From: an uncultured delta proteobacterium
GTDB taxonomy: Bacteria; Myxococcota_A; Polyangia; Polyangiales; Polyangiaceae
Assembly: GCA_963806225.1 (NCBI GenBank)
Contig: CAWDXG010000004.1
Location: 2,112,001 to 2,176,000 of the forward strand
Length of the DNA stretch: 64,000 bases
Direction: 5' to 3'
Shown here: one piece after another, positions 11,192-20,335 of the stretch
Position numbering within the stretch: position 1 is the first letter of the stretch
How the letters are laid out: every line of letters starts with the position of its first letter
Notes under the pieces: model-generated
Database searches by the model: none
What the model was told of the DNA's origin: nothing
Seen by the model: the letters and a program-made list of their open reading frames with translations, nothing else
Program-made: the position numbers and the translations under genes

Positions 11192-12015
11192 GCGAGCTCC
11201 TGCGGCTGCAGGAATGGATGGCGGCCCAGCTCCGCCGTCGCCGTGCTCTACCGAAAGACGCCCAGGCTACGGAGCTTGCCGCGCGGCACTTCACCGGCAA
11301 CGACCGGCTCTCGCCGGTGGAGCAGCTCGACGTGTACCGCGAGCAGTTCTGGCTCCGGCATACCGCGTCGCTGGTCGAGGATTTTCCGGGGCTCGGCGGC
11401 ATCCTGGGGCAGGGGGACTGGGAACGGCTGGTCGAGGAATACCTCGAGGAAATCGCACCAACGAGCTGGTCGCTGCGCGATCTGGGCGACCGACTGCCCG
11501 CGTTCGTGGAAACGCGGAGCTGGCTCCCCGAGCGCGCGCTGTGCGTGGACATGGCGCGGCTCGAGTGGGCGTACATCGAGGTCTTCGACGCCGCCGACGC
11601 GCCGCGGCTCGATCCGCACAAGCTCGCGGCCATTCCGGAGTCGGCCTGGGATAGCGCGCGCATCGTCCTGAATCCCGCACTCCGGCTGCTCGCGCTCGGC
11701 TATCCCGTCGCGGACCTCCGACGCGCTCTGCGGCGCGGCGACCCGGCCGTCGCCTTCCCCGCGCCCGCCCCACAGAAGCTCGTCATCTACCGCATCGACT
11801 GCGATCTGTTCGACAAGGAAATCGGCGACGCGCCGTTCGCGCTGCTCGAGGCTCTCGGGCACGGAGAATCGCTGGTCGAGGCCGCGGAGCACGTCCTCGC
11901 GCGCATGCCGGAGCTGAGCGTCGAGGTCGAAGAGAACGTGGGCGCGTGGTTCGCCTCGTTCGCAGAGCTCGGTTTGATCGTCGACGTGGAGACTCAGAAC
12001 ACGTCGAACGGATAG
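11188..12015 (+). CDS. MNIO partner protein (DUF2063; BufC/HvfC-like)
   Basis: GTGA overlap with the MNIO stop; QLDVYREQF, LVEDFPGL, DMARLEWAYIEVFDAAD, LNPALRLL. Confidence 0.9.
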   Translation: MSELLRLQEWMAAQLRRRRALPKDAQATELAARHFTGNDRLSPVEQLDVYREQFWLRHTASLVEDFPGLGGILGQGDWERLVEEYLEEIAPTSWSLRDLGDRLPAFVETRSWLPERALCVDMARLEWAYIEVFDAADAPRLDPHKLAAIPESAWDSARIVLNPALRLLALGYPVADLRRALRRGDPAVAFPAPAPQKLVIYRIDCDLFDKEIGDAPFALLEALGHGESLVEAAEHVLARMPELSVEVEENVGAWFASFAELGLIVDVETQNTSNG

Positions 12016-13712
12016 CCACCGTCCGTATAGGTGCGCGCGGCTATTTCCTTGCGCAGCTCGTCGTCGTTGTTCTCCAGCCGCACGAGGTTCGACGCGATGC
12101 GCCCCTGCGCCGCCGTCGCAAACATCGTGGTCAAGTCGATCTCGCGCCGCGCACCCGCTTCCCCGCGTTGCTCGATGGCCTGGGTGGTCCGCGCCAGGCA
12201 GGCCGCCAACGCGTACAAATCCATGGCGATGTTGGCGATGCGCATCTGGGTGTACTGGATCTCTGCGATCTCCCTGCCGTGCTCGCGCAGGGCGCGGTCC
12301 ACGGCGCGGCCGAGCTGTTCCGTCGCTTCCTCGAACATCACCGCCTCGCGGGCCAGCAGCGGATGGGCCATCGTCACGCGCTCGCGTTTGAGCGCCTCGC
12401 GCACCTTGCGCACCGCGAAGTCGCGCAGCAACCCGAAGCCCTTCACCGGCTCGTGCATCGCGCTCTCCACGTCGCTCAGGCGCTTGCCCGGGCCCTGCAT
12501 GCCGGCCAGGGCAATGAAGCAGCGCAGCGTCTCGTTGGTGCCGTCGAGCACGAACCACGCGCGCGCGTCGCGCAACAAGCGCTCGAGCGGCTGCGTCTTC
12601 AGGTAGCCGCTGCCCGCCGCGACCTGCATCGCGTCGTTGACCACGCGCCAGAGCGCCTCCGAGCCCGCCACGCGGCAGATCGCGCTCTCGAGCGAATAGT
12701 CCTCAACCTGGCGATCGACGAGGCCCGCCGTGAGATACGTCATCGACTCGATGGCGTAGGTATCCGCCATCATGCGCGCGACCTTGTCCTTCAGGATCGG
12801 GAATTCGCCGATCACGCGCCCGAAGCTGCGGCGCTTCTGCAACCGGTGCACCGTCAGGTTCACGATCGCCCGGCACTGCCCGACCATCGCTGCCGCCAGT
12901 ACCACCCGGGCGTCGTTCAGCACGGACATGGCCACCTTGTAGCCCTTGCCCGGCTCGCCCAGGACGTTGCCGGCAGGCACCCGGGCGTCCTTGAACGTGA
13001 CTTTGGTGATCGCCAGACCGCGCAGACCCAACGTGTCCCGCCGCGATCCTGTCTCGGCGCCGTGGGCCCGTTCGACAAGAAGCGAGGTGATGCGAGGCTT
13101 GCGTCCCTCGTCGACACGGCTGGTCCGCGCGAACACCGTGACGAGGTCGGCGATGTCCCCGTTCGACACCCACGGCTTGCTGCCGTCGAGGTGGTACACG
13201 CCCGCGTCCTCGTCGAGCTCGGCGTGGGTGCGGATCGCGCCCGCGTCCGCGCCGGAGGAACGCTCCGTGAGGGCGAAGGCCGCGATCGTCTCGCCGCTCG
13301 CCAGCTTCGGCAGGTAGTGCGCTTTCTGCTCGTCGGTTCCGAACAGGATCAGTCCTCTGAGTCCAATGGCGCCGTGGGCCGTCAGAAGCATTCCGAGTGA
13401 CGCGTCCGCCGCGGCGACCTCCTGCACGACCCGGGCAAAGCCCGAGAACGAGAGCCCGAGTCCGCCGTACTCACGGGGCACGCCGGCGCCGAACAGGCCT
13501 AGCCCGCGCAGTTCGTCGACGATCGCGCTGTCGATGTGCCCCGATCGATCGATCTCTGCGGCGTCCACGTGCTCGGCAACGACACCGTGCAGCTTGTCGA
13601 TGAGCTCCTCTAGCCGCTGCCGCTCCGGGTCCGGCGCGCGCGGGAACGGGAAGATGACCTCCTCGGCGATGACGCCGAAGAAGAGGGCCTTCATGAAGCT
13701 CTGCTCGTCCAT
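11994..13712 (-). CDS. Acyl-CoA dehydrogenase family protein (VLCAD/ACAD9-like)
   Basis: AFALTERSSGAD, GSKPWVSNG, QKRRSFG, RDAR..GTNETLR, VLCAD-type C-terminal extension. Confidence 0.9.
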   Translation of the reverse strand: MDEQSFMKALFFGVIAEEVIFPFPRAPDPERQRLEELIDKLHGVVAEHVDAAEIDRSGHIDSAIVDELRGLGLFGAGVPREYGGLGLSFSGFARVVQEVAAADASLGMLLTAHGAIGLRGLILFGTDEQKAHYLPKLASGETIAAFALTERSSGADAGAIRTHAELDEDAGVYHLDGSKPWVSNGDIADLVTVFARTSRVDEGRKPRITSLLVERAHGAETGSRRDTLGLRGLAITKVTFKDARVPAGNVLGEPGKGYKVAMSVLNDARVVLAAAMVGQCRAIVNLTVHRLQKRRSFGRVIGEFPILKDKVARMMADTYAIESMTYLTAGLVDRQVEDYSLESAICRVAGSEALWRVVNDAMQVAAGSGYLKTQPLERLLRDARAWFVLDGTNETLRCFIALAGMQGPGKRLSDVESAMHEPVKGFGLLRDFAVRKVREALKRERVTMAHPLLAREAVMFEEATEQLGRAVDRALREHGREIAEIQYTQMRIANIAMDLYALAACLARTTQAIEQRGEAGARREIDLTTMFATAAQGRIASNLVRLENNDDELRKEIAARTYTDGGYPFDVF

Positions 13713-13741
13713 CTGTAGCCTCGGCTTGGAACTGGCTGACT

Positions 13742-15607
13742 TCAGTCGCGATGCGGGTCCGGGTCCACCGGCTCCGCCACAACCGACGGCGCCGTGTCGA
13801 CCGGATCGCCGCCTGCCACGTCCTCCGGGACCGGAGCGGCGGGGGGGATATCACGGGTGGAGGCCACTTCAGGTGACATGGGCGGCGGCTCGGACCCTGC
13901 GGGCGGCGGCTCCGACGGGCTCCTCCCGACGTGACTGGTCAGCTCGATCACCGGCGCCGAGTCGCGCACTGCGTGCGACGGTACTCCGAACTCCTCGGCG
14001 CGCTTGGCCTGCCACTGGTACTTGATGCGGTGGTGATGCATGTTGACCAGCGTGTCCGCCATGCGCGTCGTGATGATGCGCAGGTCCTTCATGTCGAGCC
14101 CGCTGTCGTCGAGCTGGCCCTGCTTCAGCTTGGTGGACAGCACCCGCTGGATCATCGTTTCGAACGCGTCGCGCTCCGGCGGGTCGATGGTGCGCGAAGC
14201 GGCTTCGATGGAGTCCACCAGCATCAGGATGGCGGTCTCCTTGGTCTGCGGCTTCATCCCCGGATAGCGGAAGTTGCTGGCATCGAGGCCCTTCGGGTTG
14301 CCCTGCTGCTGGCACTTGTTCCAGAAGTACTCGACGACCTGCGTTCCGTGATGAGTGTAGGCGAACTCGACAACGGGCTCGGGGATGCCGCCGTCCCGCA
14401 GGATCTTCGTGCCGATCACGACGTGCGCCATGATCGCGTCCGCACTCACGTCGGGCTCGAGCTCGTCGTGCGGCGATCGTTCATCGGGGCCCAGGTTCTC
14501 GACGAAGTACTTGCTCTGCGCCGTCTTGCCGAGATCGTGGTAGTATGCGCCCACGCGCGTCAGGAGCGCGTCGGCTCCGATCGAGCTGGACGCCTGCTCC
14601 GCGAGGTTCGCCATGGCGCGCGAGTGCTCGTGCGTCCCCGGCGCCTCCTCGGACAGCTTGCGGAGCAGCGGCTGCGACAGGTCCTGCAGGTCGAGCAGCC
14701 GCTCACGCGGCACCTTGCCGAGCAGCCGCTCGGCGGGCGCCCTGAACAGCGCAGCGAGCAACCCGGCGAGCAGGCCGCCACCGACGCACGCCACGAGCTC
14801 GGAGTTGCCGAGCGTGAGAACGTCGGCGAGCACATTGAAGCGCCCTTCGAAGCTCACGACGATCGCGATGTACACCGCCGCAGCGCTGAGCCCCGCGAAC
14901 ACACCGGAGAACGCCATCTGGCGGGCTCGCTTGCGTTCCGTCCACAGAAGCGTCGCCGACATGCCGCGCGCCAGCATCACGACCAGCAGGATCAGATCGA
15001 ACTCGAGCAGCGACGCGATCACGAAGGACAACACCACCGTGACCAGAAACGCGGTCCGTCGGTCCAAGCTGGTCGCGACCCAGAGCGGCACCACCGCCAT
15101 GGGTATCCAGAACTCGGGAAGCGACGTGAACAGGAGCAGCGCCTTGGCGAAGAGCGCCACAAACAGCATCAGAAGGAGCAGGCCCACCTGCAGCCTGAGC
15201 AACCGGAGCCGGCTTTGCCCGAAACGGCGCAGGTAGGACGTGAGCGCCATGCCGAGCGTGAGGAAGATCACGAAGACACCGGCCAGGCGCGGCCAGTGCG
15301 GCGGGCGGTGCAGCGTCGCGTAGATGAACGCGGTCCACTGCGCCTCGTTCCGGGAGCTGAGCTCGCTGCCGATCGGCACCACGATGCGCCGGTGTACGTA
15401 GTGGAGGTCCGCCCGGCCGGTCCGGGTGTCGCGCATGATCCGGGGACCGTAGGGAACGCGCAGCGTGACCGGCACGGGATGACCGAAGCGCGGCGCCCAC
15501 GCGGACACGTAGCGGTCGCCGGCCTGGATGGTCGTCAACAAACAGGCGAACACCAGACTCATGACGAGCCCGGCGATCGGTCCGGCCCGTACCCGCGTGC
15601 GCAGCAT
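13742..15607 (-). CDS. 7TM-HD phosphohydrolase, PgpH-like c-di-AMP phosphodiesterase
   Basis: Multiple TM helices, then EAPGTHEHS, GAYYHDLGK, HHGT, FRYPGMKPQTKETAILMLVDSIEAASR; start uncertain (15607 or upstream). Confidence 0.88.
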   Translation of the reverse strand: MLRTRVRAGPIAGLVMSLVFACLLTTIQAGDRYVSAWAPRFGHPVPVTLRVPYGPRIMRDTRTGRADLHYVHRRIVVPIGSELSSRNEAQWTAFIYATLHRPPHWPRLAGVFVIFLTLGMALTSYLRRFGQSRLRLLRLQVGLLLLMLFVALFAKALLLFTSLPEFWIPMAVVPLWVATSLDRRTAFLVTVVLSFVIASLLEFDLILLVVMLARGMSATLLWTERKRARQMAFSGVFAGLSAAAVYIAIVVSFEGRFNVLADVLTLGNSELVACVGGGLLAGLLAALFRAPAERLLGKVPRERLLDLQDLSQPLLRKLSEEAPGTHEHSRAMANLAEQASSSIGADALLTRVGAYYHDLGKTAQSKYFVENLGPDERSPHDELEPDVSADAIMAHVVIGTKILRDGGIPEPVVEFAYTHHGTQVVEYFWNKCQQQGNPKGLDASNFRYPGMKPQTKETAILMLVDSIEAASRTIDPPERDAFETMIQRVLSTKLKQGQLDDSGLDMKDLRIITTRMADTLVNMHHHRIKYQWQAKRAEEFGVPSHAVRDSAPVIELTSHVGRSPSEPPPAGSEPPPMSPEVASTRDIPPAAPVPEDVAGGDPVDTAPSVVAEPVDPDPHRD

Positions 15608-15832
15608 TCTCGCGACTCGCGGCGCTGCCAGCGCGCCTTCCACCCCGACGCTAGCCAAGGACGGCGGCTTAAGCCATCGACAAAAGGACCCAGGCCGGAC
15701 GAGAGGCGTCCGCCCGGCAGGCCAGGGGTTCCGCTGGCTTGCGAGAACGCCGGCCCCCACCCATCCAGCAGGCTACTCTCTCAATCATCCCAATAGCTTG
15801 CGCGCCGGCCCGCCTCTTGCTACCCGGTAGCT

Positions 15833-16711
15833 GTGGGGCGCCTGGACGCGATCGTCGACTCGGCCTGCCGCGAGCGTGGAGCCGCGGTGATGGCTGCGGT
15901 CAACGTCACGCCGGACTCTTTCTACGATGGCGGGCGTTACCTCGGCGCGGAAGCGGCGGCTGGCCACGTGGACGACCTCATCGAGCAGGGCGCCGACATC
16001 ATCGACATCGGCGGCGAATCCACGCGCCCCGGCGCGCAGCCGGTCACCGCGGCTGAACAGATCGCTCGCATCGGGCCGGTCGTCGAGCACGCCGTGAAGC
16101 GCGGCGCGCTGGTCTCGATCGACACGACGCGACCGGAAGTCGCCGAGCGCATGCTGCGGCTCGGCGCGCACATCATCAACGACACGTCCTGCCTCGCCGA
16201 CGACGATCTGGCACAGGTAGCAGCGCGGCACGGCGCCGCGCTCGTCATCATGCATTCGCGCGGGCCGATGAGCCGGATGCCGGGCTTCTCGCAGTATCCG
16301 GACGACGCCTACGACGACGTCGTCGCCGAGGTGATGGAGGAGTGGTCAGAAGCGCGCGACCGGGCCGTGGCTGCCGGCATGCCCCGCGGCGATATCCTGC
16401 TCGACCCGGGACTCGGCTTCGCGAAGAACGCGCGACATTCCTACGAGACCCTTATCCGCCTCACCGAGCTCGGCAGAGCGCGGGCGCGCATCGTGGTCGG
16501 GCCCAGCCGCAAGTCGTTCATCGCGACGGCCAACCCCGCGCCGCCCGAGGCGCGCCTCGGCGGCACCATCGCCGCCTGCCTGCTCGCGGTACAGCGCGGC
16601 GCCTGCGTCGTGCGCGTCCACGACGTGCGCGACGTGCGTCAGGCTCTGGCCGTCGCCCACGCCGCCCACATGACGCCACCGCCGGGGCAAGCCGAGGTGC
16701 GCCATGCTTGA
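15833..16711 (+). CDS. folP: Dihydropteroate synthase
   Basis: NVTPDSFYDGG, DIGGESTRPGA, DPGLGFAK, SRKSF, VRVHDV. Confidence 0.96.
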   Translation: MGRLDAIVDSACRERGAAVMAAVNVTPDSFYDGGRYLGAEAAAGHVDDLIEQGADIIDIGGESTRPGAQPVTAAEQIARIGPVVEHAVKRGALVSIDTTRPEVAERMLRLGAHIINDTSCLADDDLAQVAARHGAALVIMHSRGPMSRMPGFSQYPDDAYDDVVAEVMEEWSEARDRAVAAGMPRGDILLDPGLGFAKNARHSYETLIRLTELGRARARIVVGPSRKSFIATANPAPPEARLGGTIAACLLAVQRGACVVRVHDVRDVRQALAVAHAAHMTPPPGQAEVRHA

Positions 16712-17906
16712 AGGCGTTCTCAGCTACCTCGACCACCGTACGGCCGTGCAGCTGATGCGCGACGCGCTCGACATCTTCATCGTCTACTACGTCCTGTACC
16801 GCGCGCTGCTCGTGCTGCGCGGCACCCGCGCCATGCAGGTCGGCGTGGGGCTGGGGATGGTTTTCGTGCTGTACATCGTCGCGCAGCTCTTGCAGCTCGT
16901 AACGGTCCTCAGCATCCTGAGCGCGCTCATCTCCAGCATCATCCTGGTGATCGTCGTCGTCTTCCAGAACGACATCCGGCGCGGCCTGATGCGCGTCGGC
17001 AGCCGGGCCTGGTTCGGCAGCCTGGCGAAGGCACAGGAAACGAAAGTCATCGACGAGGTCGTCGACGCCGCCACGGACCTCGCGCGCCACCGCATCGGCG
17101 CCATCATCACCTTCGAGCAGGACGCCAACCTCGACGAGTTCGTCGGCGTGCACAAGGGCCACCTTGTCGACGCCGCCGTTTCCAGCGAACTGCTCGTGTC
17201 GCTGTTCATCCCGGAAGGAATGAACAAGCTGCACGACGGCGCCGTCATCATCAGGAATCTCAGGATAGCCAAGGCCGGCGTGTTCTTCCCGATGCCCGAG
17301 GGTCGCATTGTCGACGAGAGCTTCGGCTCGCGCCATCGCGCTGCGCTCGGCATCACGGAAGAGACCGACGCCGTCGTCGTCGTGGTCAGCGAGGAGCGCG
17401 GTACCATCAGCTTCTGCTTCAACGGCAACATCGCGTCCAATCTCGACGGTCCAAAGCTGCGGGCGATGCTGGAGGCCATCTTCAGCCCCAAGGTCCGCAA
17501 GACGAAGAAGAAGCCCCCCGCAAGCACGCGCACCGGACAGGCCCCACCCGTCGCCATCGTCGAGCAGACGGGCCCGTCGTCGCAGCGCGAGTTGCCAGTG
17601 CTGGACACGGAAGAAGAGGAGACCGTTCCCATCAGCGTGCGCGGCGGTCGTAGCGCTGAACCGCCGCCGAGTCTGCGCCGCCCGCAGAGCGACAGCGAAG
17701 TTCCGCCTCCGCCTCCGCTCAGGCCGCGGCCGGTGTCGGCGTCGGACGGCGATGGGCCGAGCAGCAGCCCGAGGCCCCCCCCCGCGACGCCCTTGACCCC
17801 CGCGTTGCGCACTCCCGTCGGCGGGCGCTCTCCGGACTCGTCGCGCCACTCGTCGGGCAGCGACGATGACGGCCCCGCGCCGGACACCGGACGCAAGGAC
17901 AGGTAG
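16704..17906 (+). CDS. cdaA: Diadenylate cyclase CdaA with Pro-rich C-terminal tail
   Basis: Three N-terminal TM helices, VFQNDIRRGL, DAC motifs LHDGA and GSRHRAALG, SEERG. Confidence 0.93.
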   Translation: MLEGVLSYLDHRTAVQLMRDALDIFIVYYVLYRALLVLRGTRAMQVGVGLGMVFVLYIVAQLLQLVTVLSILSALISSIILVIVVVFQNDIRRGLMRVGSRAWFGSLAKAQETKVIDEVVDAATDLARHRIGAIITFEQDANLDEFVGVHKGHLVDAAVSSELLVSLFIPEGMNKLHDGAVIIRNLRIAKAGVFFPMPEGRIVDESFGSRHRAALGITEETDAVVVVVSEERGTISFCFNGNIASNLDGPKLRAMLEAIFSPKVRKTKKKPPASTRTGQAPPVAIVEQTGPSSQRELPVLDTEEEETVPISVRGGRSAEPPPSLRRPQSDSEVPPPPPLRPRPVSASDGDGPSSSPRPPPATPLTPALRTPVGGRSPDSSRHSSGSDDDGPAPDTGRKDR

Positions 17907-17909
17907 GCC

Positions 17910-18875
17910 GTGTTCGAGCATTTCGGCACAGGCGTCCTCCGCTGGCTTCGCGAAGCCTTCACGGACAACGTCGGACTCAAGGCGCTGAGCCTCGCCTTCG
18001 CGCTCGGGCTGTTCGCCTATCTGCACGGCCAGGAGGACCAGCAGCAGCGCACCGTGCCGGTCGGCGTGGTGCTGCGCCTACCGCCCGAGAGCGCGAAGCG
18101 CGAATTGATGACGCAGATCCCGGCCAGCATCCACGTCACGCTGCGCGGCTCCACGCGAGCCATCGACAGCCTGATCCAGACCGGTATCGCACCCGTGGAG
18201 ATCGACCTGCGCGACGGCCGGAAGGAGAGTATTGCCTTCGAGCCGAACATGTTCACGCTGCCGCCCGGCGTCGAGATCTCGATCATCGATCCGCCCAGCA
18301 TCGACCTGGAATGGCAGGACATCGTCACGCGCAAGATACCGATCCAGGCGTCGATCACCGGCAAGACGGCGGAGGGTTTCGTGGTCAAGGGCGAGCCCGA
18401 GGTCCAGCCCAAGACCATCACCGTGCGCGGCCCGGTCAGCCTGGTGGAAGTGATGCAGTTCGCGCGGCTCGCCGCATTCGACGTGTCCGGCCTCACCGAG
18501 GGCACCTACCGCCGGCGCATCGCGATCGACGCTCCGCCCAACCGGGTCAGTTACATCGGCCCGCAGAGCGGGACCGTCACGGTCACCATCGCGCGGCGCG
18601 TGAGCGAAGCGAAGTTCGCGCGGCGTCCGGTCGAGGTCGTCGGCGTACCGAGCGCCGTCACGAAGCCGCACACCGTGGACGTGACGGTTGTCGGCCCGCC
18701 CGAGGTCGTGCGCGCGCTCAGAGCCGAGCAGGTCGTTCCGAGCGTGGACCTCGCGAAGGCCAAGGGCGTGGACCTCGCGAAGCAGAAGCACGGCTCCGCC
18801 CTGGTCCCCGTCACCGTCGACATCTCCAAAGTGCGCGCCGAGATCCAGCCGCCCGCCGTCAATGTGAAGTGGTAG
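17910..18875 (+). CDS. cdaR: CdaR/YbbR-like regulator of diadenylate cyclase
   Basis: DNVGLKALSLAFALGLFAY anchor, YbbR-like beta repeats (VTLRGS, PKTITVRGP, VTVVGP); position after cdaA. Confidence 0.85.
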   Translation: MFEHFGTGVLRWLREAFTDNVGLKALSLAFALGLFAYLHGQEDQQQRTVPVGVVLRLPPESAKRELMTQIPASIHVTLRGSTRAIDSLIQTGIAPVEIDLRDGRKESIAFEPNMFTLPPGVEISIIDPPSIDLEWQDIVTRKIPIQASITGKTAEGFVVKGEPEVQPKTITVRGPVSLVEVMQFARLAAFDVSGLTEGTYRRRIAIDAPPNRVSYIGPQSGTVTVTIARRVSEAKFARRPVEVVGVPSAVTKPHTVDVTVVGPPEVVRALRAEQVVPSVDLAKAKGVDLAKQKHGSALVPVTVDISKVRAEIQPPAVNVKW

Positions 18876-19000
18876 CGCGCACCTGACCGGCACGTCAGGG
18901 GTGTGTGCCAGCGTGGGCCAGCGGGCGCGGAAATTCCCGCATAGGCGGCGGTCCGCCGCGCGGCACGCTTCCTGCTGGTGGGCAGCACAACGGAGGAACC

Positions 19001-19627
19001 ATGGCATCCCGCTCCACATCCCTCGCCATTGCTTTCGCACTGTGTCTGTCGCTCGCCGCCCTCGCCGGTTGCGGCGGCAGCGTCACCGGCGGCGACCTCA
19101 TGGGCAGCGGTGGCTCTGCCGCGGGCGGCAGCGGCGGCTCGACCGGCGGCAGCGGCGGCTCGACCGGCGGCAGCGCGGGCCAGGGCGGCTCGGGCGGCGG
19201 ATATGCCTGCGGTCCGACGACCTGTCCCCACGGCGAGTACTGCTGCAACGCCGACTGCGGCATGTGCGCGCCGATCGGCGCGGCCTGCGCCCAGGTCGAC
19301 TGCGCGCCCGTCGACGCCGGTCCGCCGCCGATGCCGTGTGGCAACACGACCTGCGCGTCGGGCAGCATCTGCTGCAACGTGTGCGGCGCCGACGCCTGCG
19401 TGCAAGGCAACACGTGCCCCACCGGCGGCGCCTGCGCGGTCGACTGCAGCCCAGAGGACGCGCACAGCTACGGCAAGTGCAAGATGCTGTTCGGCTATCG
19501 CTGGAATGGCGTCGACTGCGAGCAGGTCGGCGGCTGCTCGTGCCAGGGGACGGACTGCGGTAACCTATTCAAGGATCTGCAGAGCTGCTACCAGGCGTAT
19601 GCGTCATGCCCGCAGTATTACAACTAG
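19001..19627 (+). CDS. Cys-rich lipoprotein
   Basis: GGAGG RBS, lipobox LAGC, Gly/Ser linker, repeated CG..TC..G..CCN..CG modules, C-terminal GYRWNGVDC domain. Confidence 0.85.
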   Translation: MASRSTSLAIAFALCLSLAALAGCGGSVTGGDLMGSGGSAAGGSGGSTGGSGGSTGGSAGQGGSGGGYACGPTTCPHGEYCCNADCGMCAPIGAACAQVDCAPVDAGPPPMPCGNTTCASGSICCNVCGADACVQGNTCPTGGACAVDCSPEDAHSYGKCKMLFGYRWNGVDCEQVGGCSCQGTDCGNLFKDLQSCYQAYASCPQYYN

Positions 19628-19652
19628 ATGCCTTCCATCCGGAGAGTGCATG

Positions 19653-20335
19653 CCAAGCGCCAGCTAGCGCTCCGTCCACCGCTGCGCCGACGACGGTGGC
19701 GCCCTGCCTGCCTCGCGCCGGTGATGTGGCTCCGACGCTGTCGTGTGGGCGTTCGGGGCCCCGCCCCCGAACGCTTCCTCTGCCACAGCGCAGCTCCGCA
19801 CCAGATACCACAGCCCAAGCGCCTGCTAGCGCTCCGTCCACCGCTGCGCCGACGACGGTGGCGCCCTGCCTGCCTCGCGCCGGTGATGTGGCTCCGACGC
19901 TGTCGTGTGGGCGTTCGGGGCCCCGCCCCCGAACGCTTCCTCTGCCACAGCGCAGCTCCGCACCAGATACCACAGCCCAAGCGCCTGCTAGCGCTCCGTC
20001 CACCGCTGCGCCGACGACGGTGGCGCCCTGCCTGCCTCGCGCCGGTGATGTGGCTCCGACGCTGTCGTGTGGGCGTTCGGGGCCCCGCCCCCGAACGCTT
20101 CCTCTGCCACAGCGCAGCTCCGCACCAGATACCACAGCCCAAGCGCCTGCTAGCGCTCCGTCCACCGCTGCGCCGACGACGGTGGCGCCCTGCCTGCCTC
20201 GCGCCGGTGATGTGGCTCCGACGCTGTCGTGTGGGCGTTCGGGGCCCCGCCCCCGAACGCTTCCTCTGCCACAGCGCAGCTCCGCACCAGATACCACAGC
20301 CCAAGCGCCTGCTAGCGCTCCGTCCACCGCTGCGC
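19653..20335. repeat. 162-bp tandem repeat, about 4.2 near-identical hairpin-rich copies
   Basis: Units start at 19653, 19815, 19977, 20139, plus a 35-bp partial at 20301; only one difference seen (A vs T at unit position 10 in copy 1); core stem GCGTTCGGGG-ccccgc-CCCCGAACGC. Confidence 0.97.

Noticed and set aside
15608..15832. Possible c-di-AMP (ydaO) or other riboswitch between pgpH-like gene and folP
   Set aside because: Some hairpins present but no recognisable consensus by eye; an Infernal/Rfam scan would be needed
19653..20335. CRISPR array interpretation of the 35-bp repeat plus 127-bp intervening segments
   Set aside because: Intervening segments are identical and far too long for spacers; no cas genes or AT-rich leader in the window
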